Assembly (NCBI GenBank): GCA_036337715.1
Contig: JAYZDS010000007.1
Location: 90,467 to 154,466 of the forward strand
Source of the DNA: Pseudomonadota bacterium
GTDB taxonomy: Bacteria > Pseudomonadota > Gammaproteobacteria > Comchoanobacterales > Comchoanobacteraceae
Direction: 5' to 3'
DNA: 64,000 nt
The position numbers and the translations under genes were made by a program. Below, piece by piece: positions 8,317 through 17,905 of the stretch. The first letter of the stretch is position 1. Each line of letters begins with the position of its first letter. The notes beneath the pieces are model-generated. The model did not search any database and was not told the DNA's origin. It was given only the letters and a program-made list of their open reading frames with translations.

Positions 8317-9116
8317 GATCTTGAAGAGTCGTTTAAACGTAATGGTGACAGGGGACAAACAAAGGGTTCTTTAGTTTGCTTTATAGATTGCGAATTTGAA
8401 AATATTGATAATGTAGAATGTTTAGTATTGAAAAGTGATTCAAATTTATCTTTTCCAACTAATGACTTAATAGCATTTAACTTTGTGTCATTGGGGTATG
8501 CCATATGTAATATTAATATGGCATGCGCACAACTCATTTGTATGCCATTGCTAGTGTTTGTGATAGCCTCAAAAACTTTAGTATCTAATGCTTCAATTTT
8601 CGCAATGAAAGTTGAAATACTTATTTTTGAATCAGCAAATGACTCTAAGATACCGGGTATATTTTGATTTTTATGTTTTAAATTATAGGTTTCGATTATT
8701 TTTTCGAAGTAATTTGCTATGTGTAAAAAATTATGTTTAAGTGCGTAATTATAACAATTAAGTCCGCGCTTATCTTCAGTCAGTAATAAATCAACGACGA
8801 ACTTTATGTCATAATTTGAAAAAATTTGAGCTAATTTTGTGACGAAAAGTGCTTCTTGCTCAACCATGGCTGGGTTAGATAAACAATAATGAATGAAACT
8901 TTTATAACTTATTTGATATTCATTTTTTTTGATAATAAGTGGTTTTTTTTCTAAAAACGGCTTGATTGTTTCAAATGCAAAAGGCATTTTATTATCATCA
9001 GAGGAAAATAACCAGTTTTCAATATTTTCAAGTTGGGCGTATTCGATTGTATGCCCAATTGGGGTAATTTGTATATTCATAGGATTTTTATTCTTGATTT
9101 TTATTAACTTTATCAT
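8310..9116 (-). CDS. hypothetical protein (268 aa), possibly with degenerate ankyrin-like units
   Basis: Long ORF. EDKRGLNCYNYALKHNFLHIANYF weakly resembles an ANK unit. The start is uncertain (9116 or 9080). Confidence 0.55.
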   Translation of the reverse strand: MIKLIKIKNKNPMNIQITPIGHTIEYAQLENIENWLFSSDDNKMPFAFETIKPFLEKKPLIIKKNEYQISYKSFIHYCLSNPAMVEQEALFVTKLAQIFSNYDIKFVVDLLLTEDKRGLNCYNYALKHNFLHIANYFEKIIETYNLKHKNQNIPGILESFADSKISISTFIAKIEALDTKVFEAITNTSNGIQMSCAHAILILHMAYPNDTKLNAIKSLVGKDKFESLFNTKHSTLSIFSNSQSIKQTKEPFVCPLSPLRLNDSSRSC

Positions 9117-9236
9117 TTATTTAATTTAAAATCAATAATTTGTACTAAGAAAGGGGATGATTTTAGGTTATGAATCTTTTAAATTGGAAAGATATTTAGA
9201 ACAATATGAATATTTAAATTATAGGAATTTATTGAT

Positions 9237-9911
9237 ATGATTCATTCCAAACCTTATGTCCCAACAATTAAAAAAGTTGCTGATCTTAAATCAGCAGCAT
9301 TGTTGGAGTTATTAATCCATTATACCAGCAAAAATGAGAGTGATTTTTTAGCCTATACTGAAGTATGGCTTGAAATTGTTTTTTCTTCGGCAAAACCAGC
9401 CAAAGACACATTGTTGTCACTTAATACCTTTAGTGATGATGAATTTGAAAAATTAGTGAATATTGGTTTAGACGTAAAAAAAATCAATAAAACTTTAATG
9501 TCCTTTATTTTAGAAAATACAAAAAAGTATCAAAAATATGTCTCATTTGCCATTTTAATAGCTTATATGAGAGCAAATGATGCTGACATTCTCAAAGAAG
9601 ATAATGTTGCAGTCTCTACTTGGTTAGTGAAAGAGTCCATTGTATCTAACGAAATTGATATATCTGATTTTGACAAAATACTTAGATTGCTTGGTGAAAA
9701 ATCATTATCTTTGTTAAGTTATGAAACATACCAACAATTGAAAAAGATTGCGGTACAACTTAATCGGACGGATTATATCCGGTGTTTTAAACAATTTTCT
9801 TCATTATTATCAAGTAACCGTTTAGACATTGCCGAAAATGGTTTTTTTGCGATTAACTATAGTATTGATAACTACTACATATACATTAATCAAGCGCATT
9901 TATGGTCTTAA
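9237..9911 (+). CDS. orphan family protein A (224 aa)
   Basis: Paralog of the next two genes. Shared blocks are YTEVWLEIVFS / NTRALLDIVFK / YTKVWLEFALS, and STWLVKESIVSNEIDISDFDKILRLL / LQYIVKEAIESPRLSFDDFQSLLYKL. Confidence 0.65.
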   Translation: MIHSKPYVPTIKKVADLKSAALLELLIHYTSKNESDFLAYTEVWLEIVFSSAKPAKDTLLSLNTFSDDEFEKLVNIGLDVKKINKTLMSFILENTKKYQKYVSFAILIAYMRANDADILKEDNVAVSTWLVKESIVSNEIDISDFDKILRLLGEKSLSLLSYETYQQLKKIAVQLNRTDYIRCFKQFSSLLSSNRLDIAENGFFAINYSIDNYYIYINQAHLWS

Positions 9912-9971
9912 ATATTTGATAATGAGTATTGTTGATGTTAGAGTAAAAAAAAAATAATACGAGAGTTAACA

Positions 9972-10754
9972 ATGAAAAATAAAAATTACCCAACCGTTGA
10001 AGCGGTTATTAAAAATAAGTCTGCCTTTTTATTGGAACTAGTGTTGATGAGTGATTTGACTGATGTTGATAACAATAAGATCAGGCAAAATACACGTGCA
10101 CTGTTGGATATTGTTTTTAAAACAAAAGATAGTGCTCCCGAGAGAACCTCAGAATGTCACGTTGTGACAGAAGATGTATATGAAGAATCTGATGAAGATT
10201 TGCTACTTTTAGATGAAATGTTTTCCAGAGAAGCTTTTTCTGTTTTATTAAGTAAAATTGATACAAAAAAAATTAGATATTTTGATTTATATGCTTTTTA
10301 TAATGATGCAAAAAAAAATAATCAGTTGATCAACTTTATTGATTTAGTCATTAAGTACCAATTTGAACAAGCACAAATTTGGCTAACTGATAACAACCTT
10401 CAGTATATCGTGAAAGAAGCCATTGAATCGCCTCGATTAAGTTTTGATGATTTTCAATCATTACTTTATAAATTAACGATTCCGTTTGTTTGTGCTGACA
10501 AAAGTATTATTGATGGCATTTTGGTTTTTGCTTCAGCATTTAGCTACCCCATACATAAAGAATTAGTATCAATGTTTGTAAATAAAATTCATGCTGAATT
10601 TAAAATTATTCAGCTACCAGAGGATTCCCTTTTTCCCAAAACACGTACTTCTGAACTACATCTAGAGACTTCTTCGGATAAAGAAAATACGGATAACTGT
10701 ATGCTTGATTGCCGTACTTCACCAAATGCTATAGGTAGTTTTAAAGACTTTTAA
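9972..10754 (+). CDS. orphan family protein B (260 aa)
   Basis: See 9237-9911. It carries an acidic insertion (EDVYEESDEDLLLLDE). Confidence 0.65.
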   Translation: MKNKNYPTVEAVIKNKSAFLLELVLMSDLTDVDNNKIRQNTRALLDIVFKTKDSAPERTSECHVVTEDVYEESDEDLLLLDEMFSREAFSVLLSKIDTKKIRYFDLYAFYNDAKKNNQLINFIDLVIKYQFEQAQIWLTDNNLQYIVKEAIESPRLSFDDFQSLLYKLTIPFVCADKSIIDGILVFASAFSYPIHKELVSMFVNKIHAEFKIIQLPEDSLFPKTRTSELHLETSSDKENTDNCMLDCRTSPNAIGSFKDF

Positions 10755-10797
10755 ATTATTATAATATTATTTTTTAAAGATACTTTAAAAATTATTT

Positions 10798-11526
10798 ATG
10801 TCAGAAATACCCAGCTCATTGATCAATATGTTTAAATCAGAATATAGCGTCAACATAAAAAATGATGTGTCTGTTATCACTTATTTAAGCAATACAATAT
10901 GGTCAAATTACAGCCAATTAACCATATATACAAAGGTATGGCTGGAATTTGCATTATCTATAAGCAATGAAGCTGGTACTGATATACAACATTATGAACA
11001 TAATGATTTTTGCAATTTAATCAGTCAAGCGCTGGATCCTACTGTATTTGATATAGAATATATTCTAAAGTTAAAGTGTTTGGCAAAAAAAAGTGGTCGC
11101 TTGGTTGAATTTGCAACTTTACTAAACCATTTGTGTCATTATAACTATGGCAATTATTGGTTAATAAATGATATGGCTTTTCAAGTGTGTTTCCACGCGT
11201 TACAGTTAAACCAAGACAAATTCAGCCATAAAGATTTAAAACTATTTTGTACGCTTTTGGAATATAAATTATGTTTTATAACCTCAAAACAGTTTGAAAA
11301 ATTAGCTTCTCTAGCATATTTAAATAATCGATTAAGATGTTATAAGTTGCTCAATCTTTATAGTGCTCTTCTTTTTAAAGACTTGTGTATTCTAGAACCT
11401 TATTACAAAGAAGGAAATGGGGTAATGGCTAAGAATGTTCAACAATCACAATCATCAACTTTAAATGAATCTATATTTCAATCATCAGATGATGCGCCGA
11501 TGATATGTGATGAGTTATCACCTTAA
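10798..11526 (+). CDS. orphan family protein C (242 aa)
   Basis: See 9237-9911. This is the most diverged member. Confidence 0.6.
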   Translation: MSEIPSSLINMFKSEYSVNIKNDVSVITYLSNTIWSNYSQLTIYTKVWLEFALSISNEAGTDIQHYEHNDFCNLISQALDPTVFDIEYILKLKCLAKKSGRLVEFATLLNHLCHYNYGNYWLINDMAFQVCFHALQLNQDKFSHKDLKLFCTLLEYKLCFITSKQFEKLASLAYLNNRLRCYKLLNLYSALLFKDLCILEPYYKEGNGVMAKNVQQSQSSTLNESIFQSSDDAPMICDELSP

Positions 11527-11626
11527 AATATTATTCATCTACATAAACCGGTTTTAGAGGAAATGTGTATGGATTTATATTGATAAATTAAATAAAAAAA
11601 TGGTAGGTTTTTTTGCATGCAATAAA

Positions 11627-12343
11627 CTAATTTTGTTTTGAACACACGTTTAAATTATGGCGTAAGCGCATATTCAAACTCTCAACAATGATTGCAAAAA
11701 ACATGGCGCAATAAACATACTTTCTTTCAAAATGGTGTCCAAATCCATCTGAAACCAATAACACCCCAACCATAACTAAAAAAGATAAAGCAAGTAATTT
11801 AATTGAAGGGTGCTTTTCTATAAATTCGGCAATTGATTTTGAAATAAACATCATTATGATGACTGCAAGGATAATTGCTGTTGCCATCCAGGTTATGTTA
11901 TTAACCATCCCTATAGCTGTAAATATTGAATCAAGCGAGAAAACAGTATCAATGAAGACGATTTGAGCTAAAATAAAGCCTGTTTTAGGGACATTTGGTT
12001 TTTTTGGCTTATTGTTTTTCGTCTCTATTTGCTCATGTATTTCTATGATGGCTTTATATAATAGAAAAAAACCACCCGAAATCAAAACTAAACTGCTTAG
12101 TGAAAACTCAACTTTGAATAGTATAAATAAAGTTGTATTTAAGGTTAATATCCAGCCAATGATGCTGAGTAGCATCAATCTTGAGCAAAGTGCTAAAGCG
12201 ATACCTATTTTTCTGATGCGTTCTCTTTTTTGAGGGGGAACCTTCGATACCATCATATTTATGAAAAGAATATTATCAATGCCTAAAATGACTTCTAGCA
12301 ATGTGAGTGATAAAATTGCAATGATGGCTTCGTACCCAAACAT
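11627..12343 (-). CDS. TerC family integral membrane protein
   Basis: The N-terminal motif LTLLEVILGIDNILFI is present and the profile is polytopic. Confidence 0.75.
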   Translation of the reverse strand: MFGYEAIIAILSLTLLEVILGIDNILFINMMVSKVPPQKRERIRKIGIALALCSRLMLLSIIGWILTLNTTLFILFKVEFSLSSLVLISGGFFLLYKAIIEIHEQIETKNNKPKKPNVPKTGFILAQIVFIDTVFSLDSIFTAIGMVNNITWMATAIILAVIIMMFISKSIAEFIEKHPSIKLLALSFLVMVGVLLVSDGFGHHFERKYVYCAMFFAIIVESLNMRLRHNLNVCSKQN

Positions 12344-12377
12344 AAAAAAAAGTATAGTATAAGATGACTGATTTGTT

Positions 12378-13319
12378 TTATTTGCTAGTCATATTAGATT
12401 GGAGTAACTCAATAACCTCAAATAAGTCACCTGTGTAGCCATAATCAGCGACTTTAAATATGGGTGCATCTGGGTCTTTATCAATTGCAATGATCGTATG
12501 ACTGTCTTTCATGCCTGCTAAATGCTGAATTGCACCAGAAACACCAAAACATAAATAAACATCTGGTGCAACAATTTTGCCTGTTTGACCCACCTGATAA
12601 TCATTTGGTACATAGCCTGCATCTACGGCAGCTCTCGATGCCCCAACAGCAGCACCAATTAAATCAGCTACAGCTTCAATTTTTTTGAAATTTTCTTGAC
12701 TACCTACACCTCTTCCACCAGATACAACAATTTTTGCTGATGTTAATTCTGGTCGATCGCTAGATGCTTCATCCATTTTTACCCAGGTAGTTTTTATAGA
12801 TGGTATGGTAAAATCTATTTTTTCTGTTATTACATTAGCTTTTTCATCGATTTTTTCTGGTTTAAAGGCTGTCGGTCTAATTGAAATTAATTTAGTCTTT
12901 GCTTTGTAACTTACTTTTTGAATGGCATTACCTGCATAAATAGGTCTTTTAAATGTTGTTTTATCAATGATTTCTATGACATCAGTTAATGGAGTAATTT
13001 TCATCATTCCAGCAACTCTAGGTAAAATATCTTTTGTTTGGGTTGAACTCGACATTAAAATCACATCATAATCTTTGGCAATATTTGCAATGATTGGTGC
13101 GTACAACTCAGCAATAGGGTGTAATAATTCAGGTGCATCAATTGCGAGACATTTATTGACACGAGGTAGAGAGCTCACTTCAGTTAAAACATCATTAAGC
13201 TTGGAACCAATAAGCAATACATCACATATATCACGAAATTTACTTGCCGCTTCGATACAATTGACTGTTAACGGGTTAAGTTTTTGGTGCTGGTGCTCTG
13301 CAATGACTAAGATATTCAT
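12378..13319 (-). CDS. etfA: electron transfer flavoprotein alpha subunit
   Basis: The FAD-binding region SGGRGVG...VAPDVYLCFGVSGAIQHLAGM is present. ATG 13319 overlaps the etfB stop as ATGA. Confidence 0.9.
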   Translation of the reverse strand: MNILVIAEHQHQKLNPLTVNCIEAASKFRDICDVLLIGSKLNDVLTEVSSLPRVNKCLAIDAPELLHPIAELYAPIIANIAKDYDVILMSSSTQTKDILPRVAGMMKITPLTDVIEIIDKTTFKRPIYAGNAIQKVSYKAKTKLISIRPTAFKPEKIDEKANVITEKIDFTIPSIKTTWVKMDEASSDRPELTSAKIVVSGGRGVGSQENFKKIEAVADLIGAAVGASRAAVDAGYVPNDYQVGQTGKIVAPDVYLCFGVSGAIQHLAGMKDSHTIIAIDKDPDAPIFKVADYGYTGDLFEVIELLQSNMTSK

Positions 13320-14050
13320 GAACAATGCTCCTTGATAATTTTAACGATGTCATTAATTTCTTTTATCATGGTGCCAGATTTTCTTTTTGGCGGTTCGGTT
13401 ATTTCTAATACTTCTATTGCATCGTCTTTTGATAAATCAAATTCACTTATATCTAATGTTTCACATGGTTTTGCTTTCGCCTTCATAATATTAGGTAATG
13501 AGGCAAAGCGTGGTTCATTTAGTCTTAAGTCTGTAGTAATAACCGCAGGCAGTGTTATGGCAAGGGTTTCTAAACCACCATCGACTTCTCTTGTAACTTC
13601 CCATGTATCACCTGGTTTTATTTCTGATGCAAATGTTGCTTGTGGCCAATTTAATAGCGCTGCAAGGATTTGCCCAGTTTGATTGGCATCATCATCAATG
13701 GCTTGTTTGCCCATCAAAACTAAATCAATCTTTTCTTTTGAAGTAATTGCTTTGAAAACCTCGGCACGGTTTAACGTTGATATGGTTTCTTTTGATTCTA
13801 TGTGTAAGGCCTTATCTGCACCAAGTGCAAGCGCGTGTCTAAGCGTTGTTTTTGTCTCTTCAGTACCAATGCTAATAACCGTTATGGTTTGGATGATTCC
13901 TTTTTCTCGTAAACGAATGGCTTCTTCTAGTGCGATTTCATCGAATGGATTAATGCTATGTTTAACTTGGTCATGTACAACGTGACCATCTTTGATTTGA
14001 ATTTGAACATTGTAATCAATAACGTGTTTTACTGGAACGAGAACATGCAT
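13316..14050 (-). CDS. etfB: electron transfer flavoprotein beta subunit
   Basis: The MHVLVPVKHVIDYNVQIQIK N-terminus is typical of EtfB, and the gene is adjacent to etfA. Confidence 0.9.
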   Translation of the reverse strand: MHVLVPVKHVIDYNVQIQIKDGHVVHDQVKHSINPFDEIALEEAIRLREKGIIQTITVISIGTEETKTTLRHALALGADKALHIESKETISTLNRAEVFKAITSKEKIDLVLMGKQAIDDDANQTGQILAALLNWPQATFASEIKPGDTWEVTREVDGGLETLAITLPAVITTDLRLNEPRFASLPNIMKAKAKPCETLDISEFDLSKDDAIEVLEITEPPKRKSGTMIKEINDIVKIIKEHCS

Positions 14051-14099
14051 GTGATTTGAAACTCCTTTTCTTAAAAAAAATTATAGACTAAATATGACT

Positions 14100-15146
14100 T
14101 TAAGTCACTAGATTCGCAGATTCATATTGTTTTAATAATCTCTCACTTAATGTTGGTTTGCTCAGTGCATGCATGAATCTTTGGTGTAGCGTTTGATCGA
14201 GTTTGGTAAGGTATTGTTCACTCCATGCTTCAATAGTTAACACGTTATCATAGTCAATATTGATAAGGGCATGTCTACCAACTTGTGAAATTTGATGCAT
14301 GGTCGTTTTTAATAGTAAATCATCTTTGTATATCAAAGGTATGCTTTTGGCTTTATTGGCGATGATCTCTAACAACTGTGCCATAAGTTCAATTGTTGTT
14401 TTTAGTGATTCAGCATCTGATGTATCTAAGAAGCGTATTTCAATGATGTGATGATTATCAATTTTTTTTGGGCGAATATAGTGTTGAACCGGATTTGAAA
14501 AATTATGATATACATAGTTTTTATTAGACTGTTTCAAGATTGACTCAAAAGCAGCTATTTTCTCCCAGGACATTAATGATTTTGGAAAAAAATCAAAATG
14601 TAGCCCCATTATGCCTGATAATAATGTATGTCTTGAAGAATGACAGTAAGTATTTTTTTTACAAAAAAATGGTGAGGATTGCATCAGAATTGAAAATGGC
14701 ATACTCCATTGTTGCATCAAGTCGAGAATTTGAAACAATTCAGAGAGATGTTTTTCTCTGATATTGCAGTTAATATGAATCCCTGAGCATGAAAGTATAT
14801 CTGAAAATTGAAAGCGTTTTCTTCCTGGAGTTTGTTTTTCAATCGTGGCATGAGGGTTAACGCCTTGGAAAAGTATGTTGTGCCCATGTTTATTAGCCAG
14901 TTGTTTAATGTCATAAATGAGATCAATTTCATTGAAAAGTGATGCTTTACATTGATGGGGATTGGTTTTAAATTCAATTAAATCTGTATGTGGTTCTAAT
15001 GAGAATGTTGGTAGATTATGATTTTCTAGATACTTAACAATATCATTTTTTAAATTAGCTGCTTTAGTTATGGATTTAGGTTGATTATTAAGATCAACCA
15101 AATGACACTCTATTTCAATGCCAATTGTAGAATAAAACTGTTCCAT
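14100..15146 (-). CDS. carboxylate-amine ligase / glutamate-cysteine ligase family 2 (YbdK-like)
   Basis: IGIEIECHLVD, GIHINCNI and EIRFLDTSD resemble the GCS2 signature strands. The assignment comes from motif recall only. Confidence 0.5.
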   Translation of the reverse strand: MEQFYSTIGIEIECHLVDLNNQPKSITKAANLKNDIVKYLENHNLPTFSLEPHTDLIEFKTNPHQCKASLFNEIDLIYDIKQLANKHGHNILFQGVNPHATIEKQTPGRKRFQFSDILSCSGIHINCNIREKHLSELFQILDLMQQWSMPFSILMQSSPFFCKKNTYCHSSRHTLLSGIMGLHFDFFPKSLMSWEKIAAFESILKQSNKNYVYHNFSNPVQHYIRPKKIDNHHIIEIRFLDTSDAESLKTTIELMAQLLEIIANKAKSIPLIYKDDLLLKTTMHQISQVGRHALINIDYDNVLTIEAWSEQYLTKLDQTLHQRFMHALSKPTLSERLLKQYESANLVT

Positions 15147-15234
15147 ACCTTTTGCTTCAATAAGCGTTTAAGTCCTTTTAGATGGCTAATTATAGTAGAA
15201 ATCTAAATTTTTACAATTGTGTTATAATATAGGA

Positions 15235-16839
15235 ATGGATAATCAAGAGGTGCTAAAATTTGATGTCATCATTATTGGTGGTGGACCTGCTGGTTTATCA
15301 GCAGCAATCAAGTTATTACAAATAGATCAGAGTTTATCGGTATGTGTACTCGAAAAATCAGCTCAAATAGGTGGCCATTTAGTATCAGGTGCCGTCATTG
15401 AGCCAACTGCCTTAGATGCGCTTTTGCCACAATGGCGCGATGATGCAAATTGTCCATTAAACGTTCCTGTTAAAAAAGATCAATTTTATTATTTTTCCAA
15501 AAGGCATTCTTGGCGTATGCCGACACCACCACAAATGAAAAATCATGGGAACTACATCATAAGTCTATCCAAGTTTTCAAGATATTTGGCTGCTAAGGCT
15601 GAAGCTTTAGGGGTCCAAATTTTCCCTGGATTTTCTGCTGCTAAACCAATTATTGAAGCAGGTAAGCTATGTGGTGTGGTCACAGGTGAAATGGGATTAG
15701 ATCATAAAGGCAATCATGGGCCAAATTATCAACCCGGGATGCATTTGCAAGCCCCAGTTACGTTCCTTGCAGAAGGTGCTCATGGCTCTATAACCAAAGC
15801 GTTGATTAAGCACTTTGATTTGCGAGATTCATCTAAGCCACAAACCTATGCAATTGGTTTAAAAGAAGTTTGGGAAGTTTCTGACAAGGTTCATCAAGAA
15901 GGCCTCGTTTGGCATAGCATTGGCTGGCCCTTACCATCAGATACATATGGTGGCTCATTTGTGTATCATGATGCCAATCAACGGGTATCTCTTGGTTATG
16001 TGATTGGTCTTGATTATCAAAATCCGTATCTCAACCCCTATGCAACGTTTCAACAATTTAAACATCATCCAAAGTGTTTAAGGTTACTTCAAGATGGAAA
16101 ACGCATTGCTTATGGTGCACGAGCCCTAACTGAGGGTGGTTGGCAATCTTTGCCAAAATTGGCTTTTCCAGGTGGGCGTTTAATCGGCTGCTCCGCAGGT
16201 TTAGTCAATACGCCTAAAATAAAGGGGATTCACAATGCGATGTGGTCCGGAATGATTGCAGCAGAAAATTGGATGTCGCATCAAAATCCCGAAAATACAA
16301 CTTATGATGAAGCATTGAGAGAGAGCCGGGTAGGGAAAGAATTATATAAAGTTAGAAACATTCGTCCAGGTTTTAAAAAAGGATTGTGGACTGGTTTAGC
16401 GAATGCTGGTTTAGAAACGCTGACTATGGGGCACACACCTTGGACAATGTCCCACCACACAGATCATTTACAAATTAAACTCAAAAAAGACGTGAGGGCA
16501 ATTAATTATCCAAAACCAGATGGGATAATAAGTTTTGATATTTTAACTTCAGTTAGGTTAACTGGAACCAACCATGCGGAAGATCAACCCTGTCATTTAC
16601 AGTTGGCTGACAAAAAAATACCTATAGACATTAATTATTACCAATATGATTCTCCTGAAACGAGGTATTGTCCTGCTAAAGTTTATGAAATTGTAAAAGA
16701 CGATGCAGGAAAGCCAAGACTACAAATTAATGCACAAAATTGTATTCATTGTAAAACTTGCGACATCAAAGACTTGAAGCAAAATATAAATTGGGTCCCG
16801 CCACAAGGTGGTGAAGGGCCAAATTATAGTGACACTTAA
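15235..16839 (+). CDS. electron transfer flavoprotein-ubiquinone oxidoreductase
   Basis: The FAD motif FDVIIIGGGPAGLSAA is present. The C-terminal 4Fe-4S motif CPAKVYE...NAQNCIHCKTCDIKD...WVPPQGGEGPNY is also present. The ORF track starts at TTG 15217; ATG 15235 is preferred. Confidence 0.9.
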   Translation: MDNQEVLKFDVIIIGGGPAGLSAAIKLLQIDQSLSVCVLEKSAQIGGHLVSGAVIEPTALDALLPQWRDDANCPLNVPVKKDQFYYFSKRHSWRMPTPPQMKNHGNYIISLSKFSRYLAAKAEALGVQIFPGFSAAKPIIEAGKLCGVVTGEMGLDHKGNHGPNYQPGMHLQAPVTFLAEGAHGSITKALIKHFDLRDSSKPQTYAIGLKEVWEVSDKVHQEGLVWHSIGWPLPSDTYGGSFVYHDANQRVSLGYVIGLDYQNPYLNPYATFQQFKHHPKCLRLLQDGKRIAYGARALTEGGWQSLPKLAFPGGRLIGCSAGLVNTPKIKGIHNAMWSGMIAAENWMSHQNPENTTYDEALRESRVGKELYKVRNIRPGFKKGLWTGLANAGLETLTMGHTPWTMSHHTDHLQIKLKKDVRAINYPKPDGIISFDILTSVRLTGTNHAEDQPCHLQLADKKIPIDINYYQYDSPETRYCPAKVYEIVKDDAGKPRLQINAQNCIHCKTCDIKDLKQNINWVPPQGGEGPNYSDT

Positions 16840-16841
16840 TG

Positions 16842-17852
16842 TTACCAAAGAATATCGTTGAGTGTTTTGGTTAATGCTTCTTCTGATGAGATAAAATTTG
16901 TTTGTAAAATTTCACGAGTATACCGACTATTCGCAATGATTTTACCACCTAACTCGTCGACAATCATTTTGTGTTGTGGTGAAAACTGTTTTAAAAATTG
17001 CTCAAGAAACTTAGTTGTTATAATCCTTGGCATATTTTTCTTTAGATGGGGCCTTAAATGGATGATTTTTTCTTTAATTGTAGTTAATGAGATCGTTTCG
17101 TCAGCTAAGATAAGTCGTTTGTTTGATAAAAGATCATTGTCGATGATGTTTAAATGTGTCTTTACGATATCGTCAACGTCTATGGCTGGCCACTGAAATT
17201 TTGGCAAAAAGAAATATTGGCCATCAATCATCTTTTCTATTAATCGAATAAATGGGGTTGTAGTAAAATGATTGCAGTGTCCAAACACAGATGAAACATA
17301 AATGGTTGTGAAAATATTATCAAGTTTATTTTTTCTTATATATGCCCAATTCGCGAGGTCACTTTTTACAACCTGAGTTGCGAAAGGTGACAATGTTTCC
17401 CACTTTGGTTGTGAAAAAAATTGACCATCAATCAGATGAACGGTTGGGTCTGCCATATTATAACGTAATGATAGTATACTCGTTGTAACTACAAATTTTA
17501 AAATATGCTGCTTTTTTGAAGCTTCTAACCACTGAATGGTTTCGTGATGAAGCATGCGTATCCACTTTATTCTACCGTCCTCATTTAAGATGGGTGCTGG
17601 TGGCATCATATGAAAAACGATATCACAGTGGCTAAGTAAGCTTTCTTTAGACACAGTTTCTTGATCTTGTAAGCAATGGATAGTTAAATTAGACAAATCA
17701 TCAAGGTGGTTCGACAAAAGTTGTTTCGAGGGCTCAATGAATGCCTCTTGTTCAACAATCCCCACAACACGATAACCCTGTTGTAAAAGACCTACAGTTA
17801 CTGCTTGGGCAGTGAAATGAGATATATCTGTAATTAACACACAATACTGCAT
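16842..17852 (-). CDS. NAD-dependent epimerase/dehydratase-like (extended SDR fold) protein with a degenerate nucleotide-binding motif
   Basis: The N-terminus CVLITDISHFTAQAVTVGLLQQGYRVVGIV has SDR beta-alpha-beta spacing. The TGxxGxxG glycines are replaced. Confidence 0.4.
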   Translation of the reverse strand: MQYCVLITDISHFTAQAVTVGLLQQGYRVVGIVEQEAFIEPSKQLLSNHLDDLSNLTIHCLQDQETVSKESLLSHCDIVFHMMPPAPILNEDGRIKWIRMLHHETIQWLEASKKQHILKFVVTTSILSLRYNMADPTVHLIDGQFFSQPKWETLSPFATQVVKSDLANWAYIRKNKLDNIFTTIYVSSVFGHCNHFTTTPFIRLIEKMIDGQYFFLPKFQWPAIDVDDIVKTHLNIIDNDLLSNKRLILADETISLTTIKEKIIHLRPHLKKNMPRIITTKFLEQFLKQFSPQHKMIVDELGGKIIANSRYTREILQTNFISSEEALTKTLNDILW

Positions 17853-17905
17853 AGTTTTAATTCTTCTTATGATCTAATTATAGTTCTAAAAAAGCACTTA
17901 TGTGT

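Noticed and set aside
7050-11626. Classical integrated island or prophage at tmRNA
   Set aside because: By visual scan there is no integrase or recombinase ORF, no phage genes and no direct repeat of the ssrA 3' end. It is kept only as a decayed island or hot spot (see findings).
14717-14977. 86-aa same-strand ORF in another frame within the GCS2-like gene
   Set aside because: It is fully nested in a longer ORF that carries family motifs. I saw no independent start signals.
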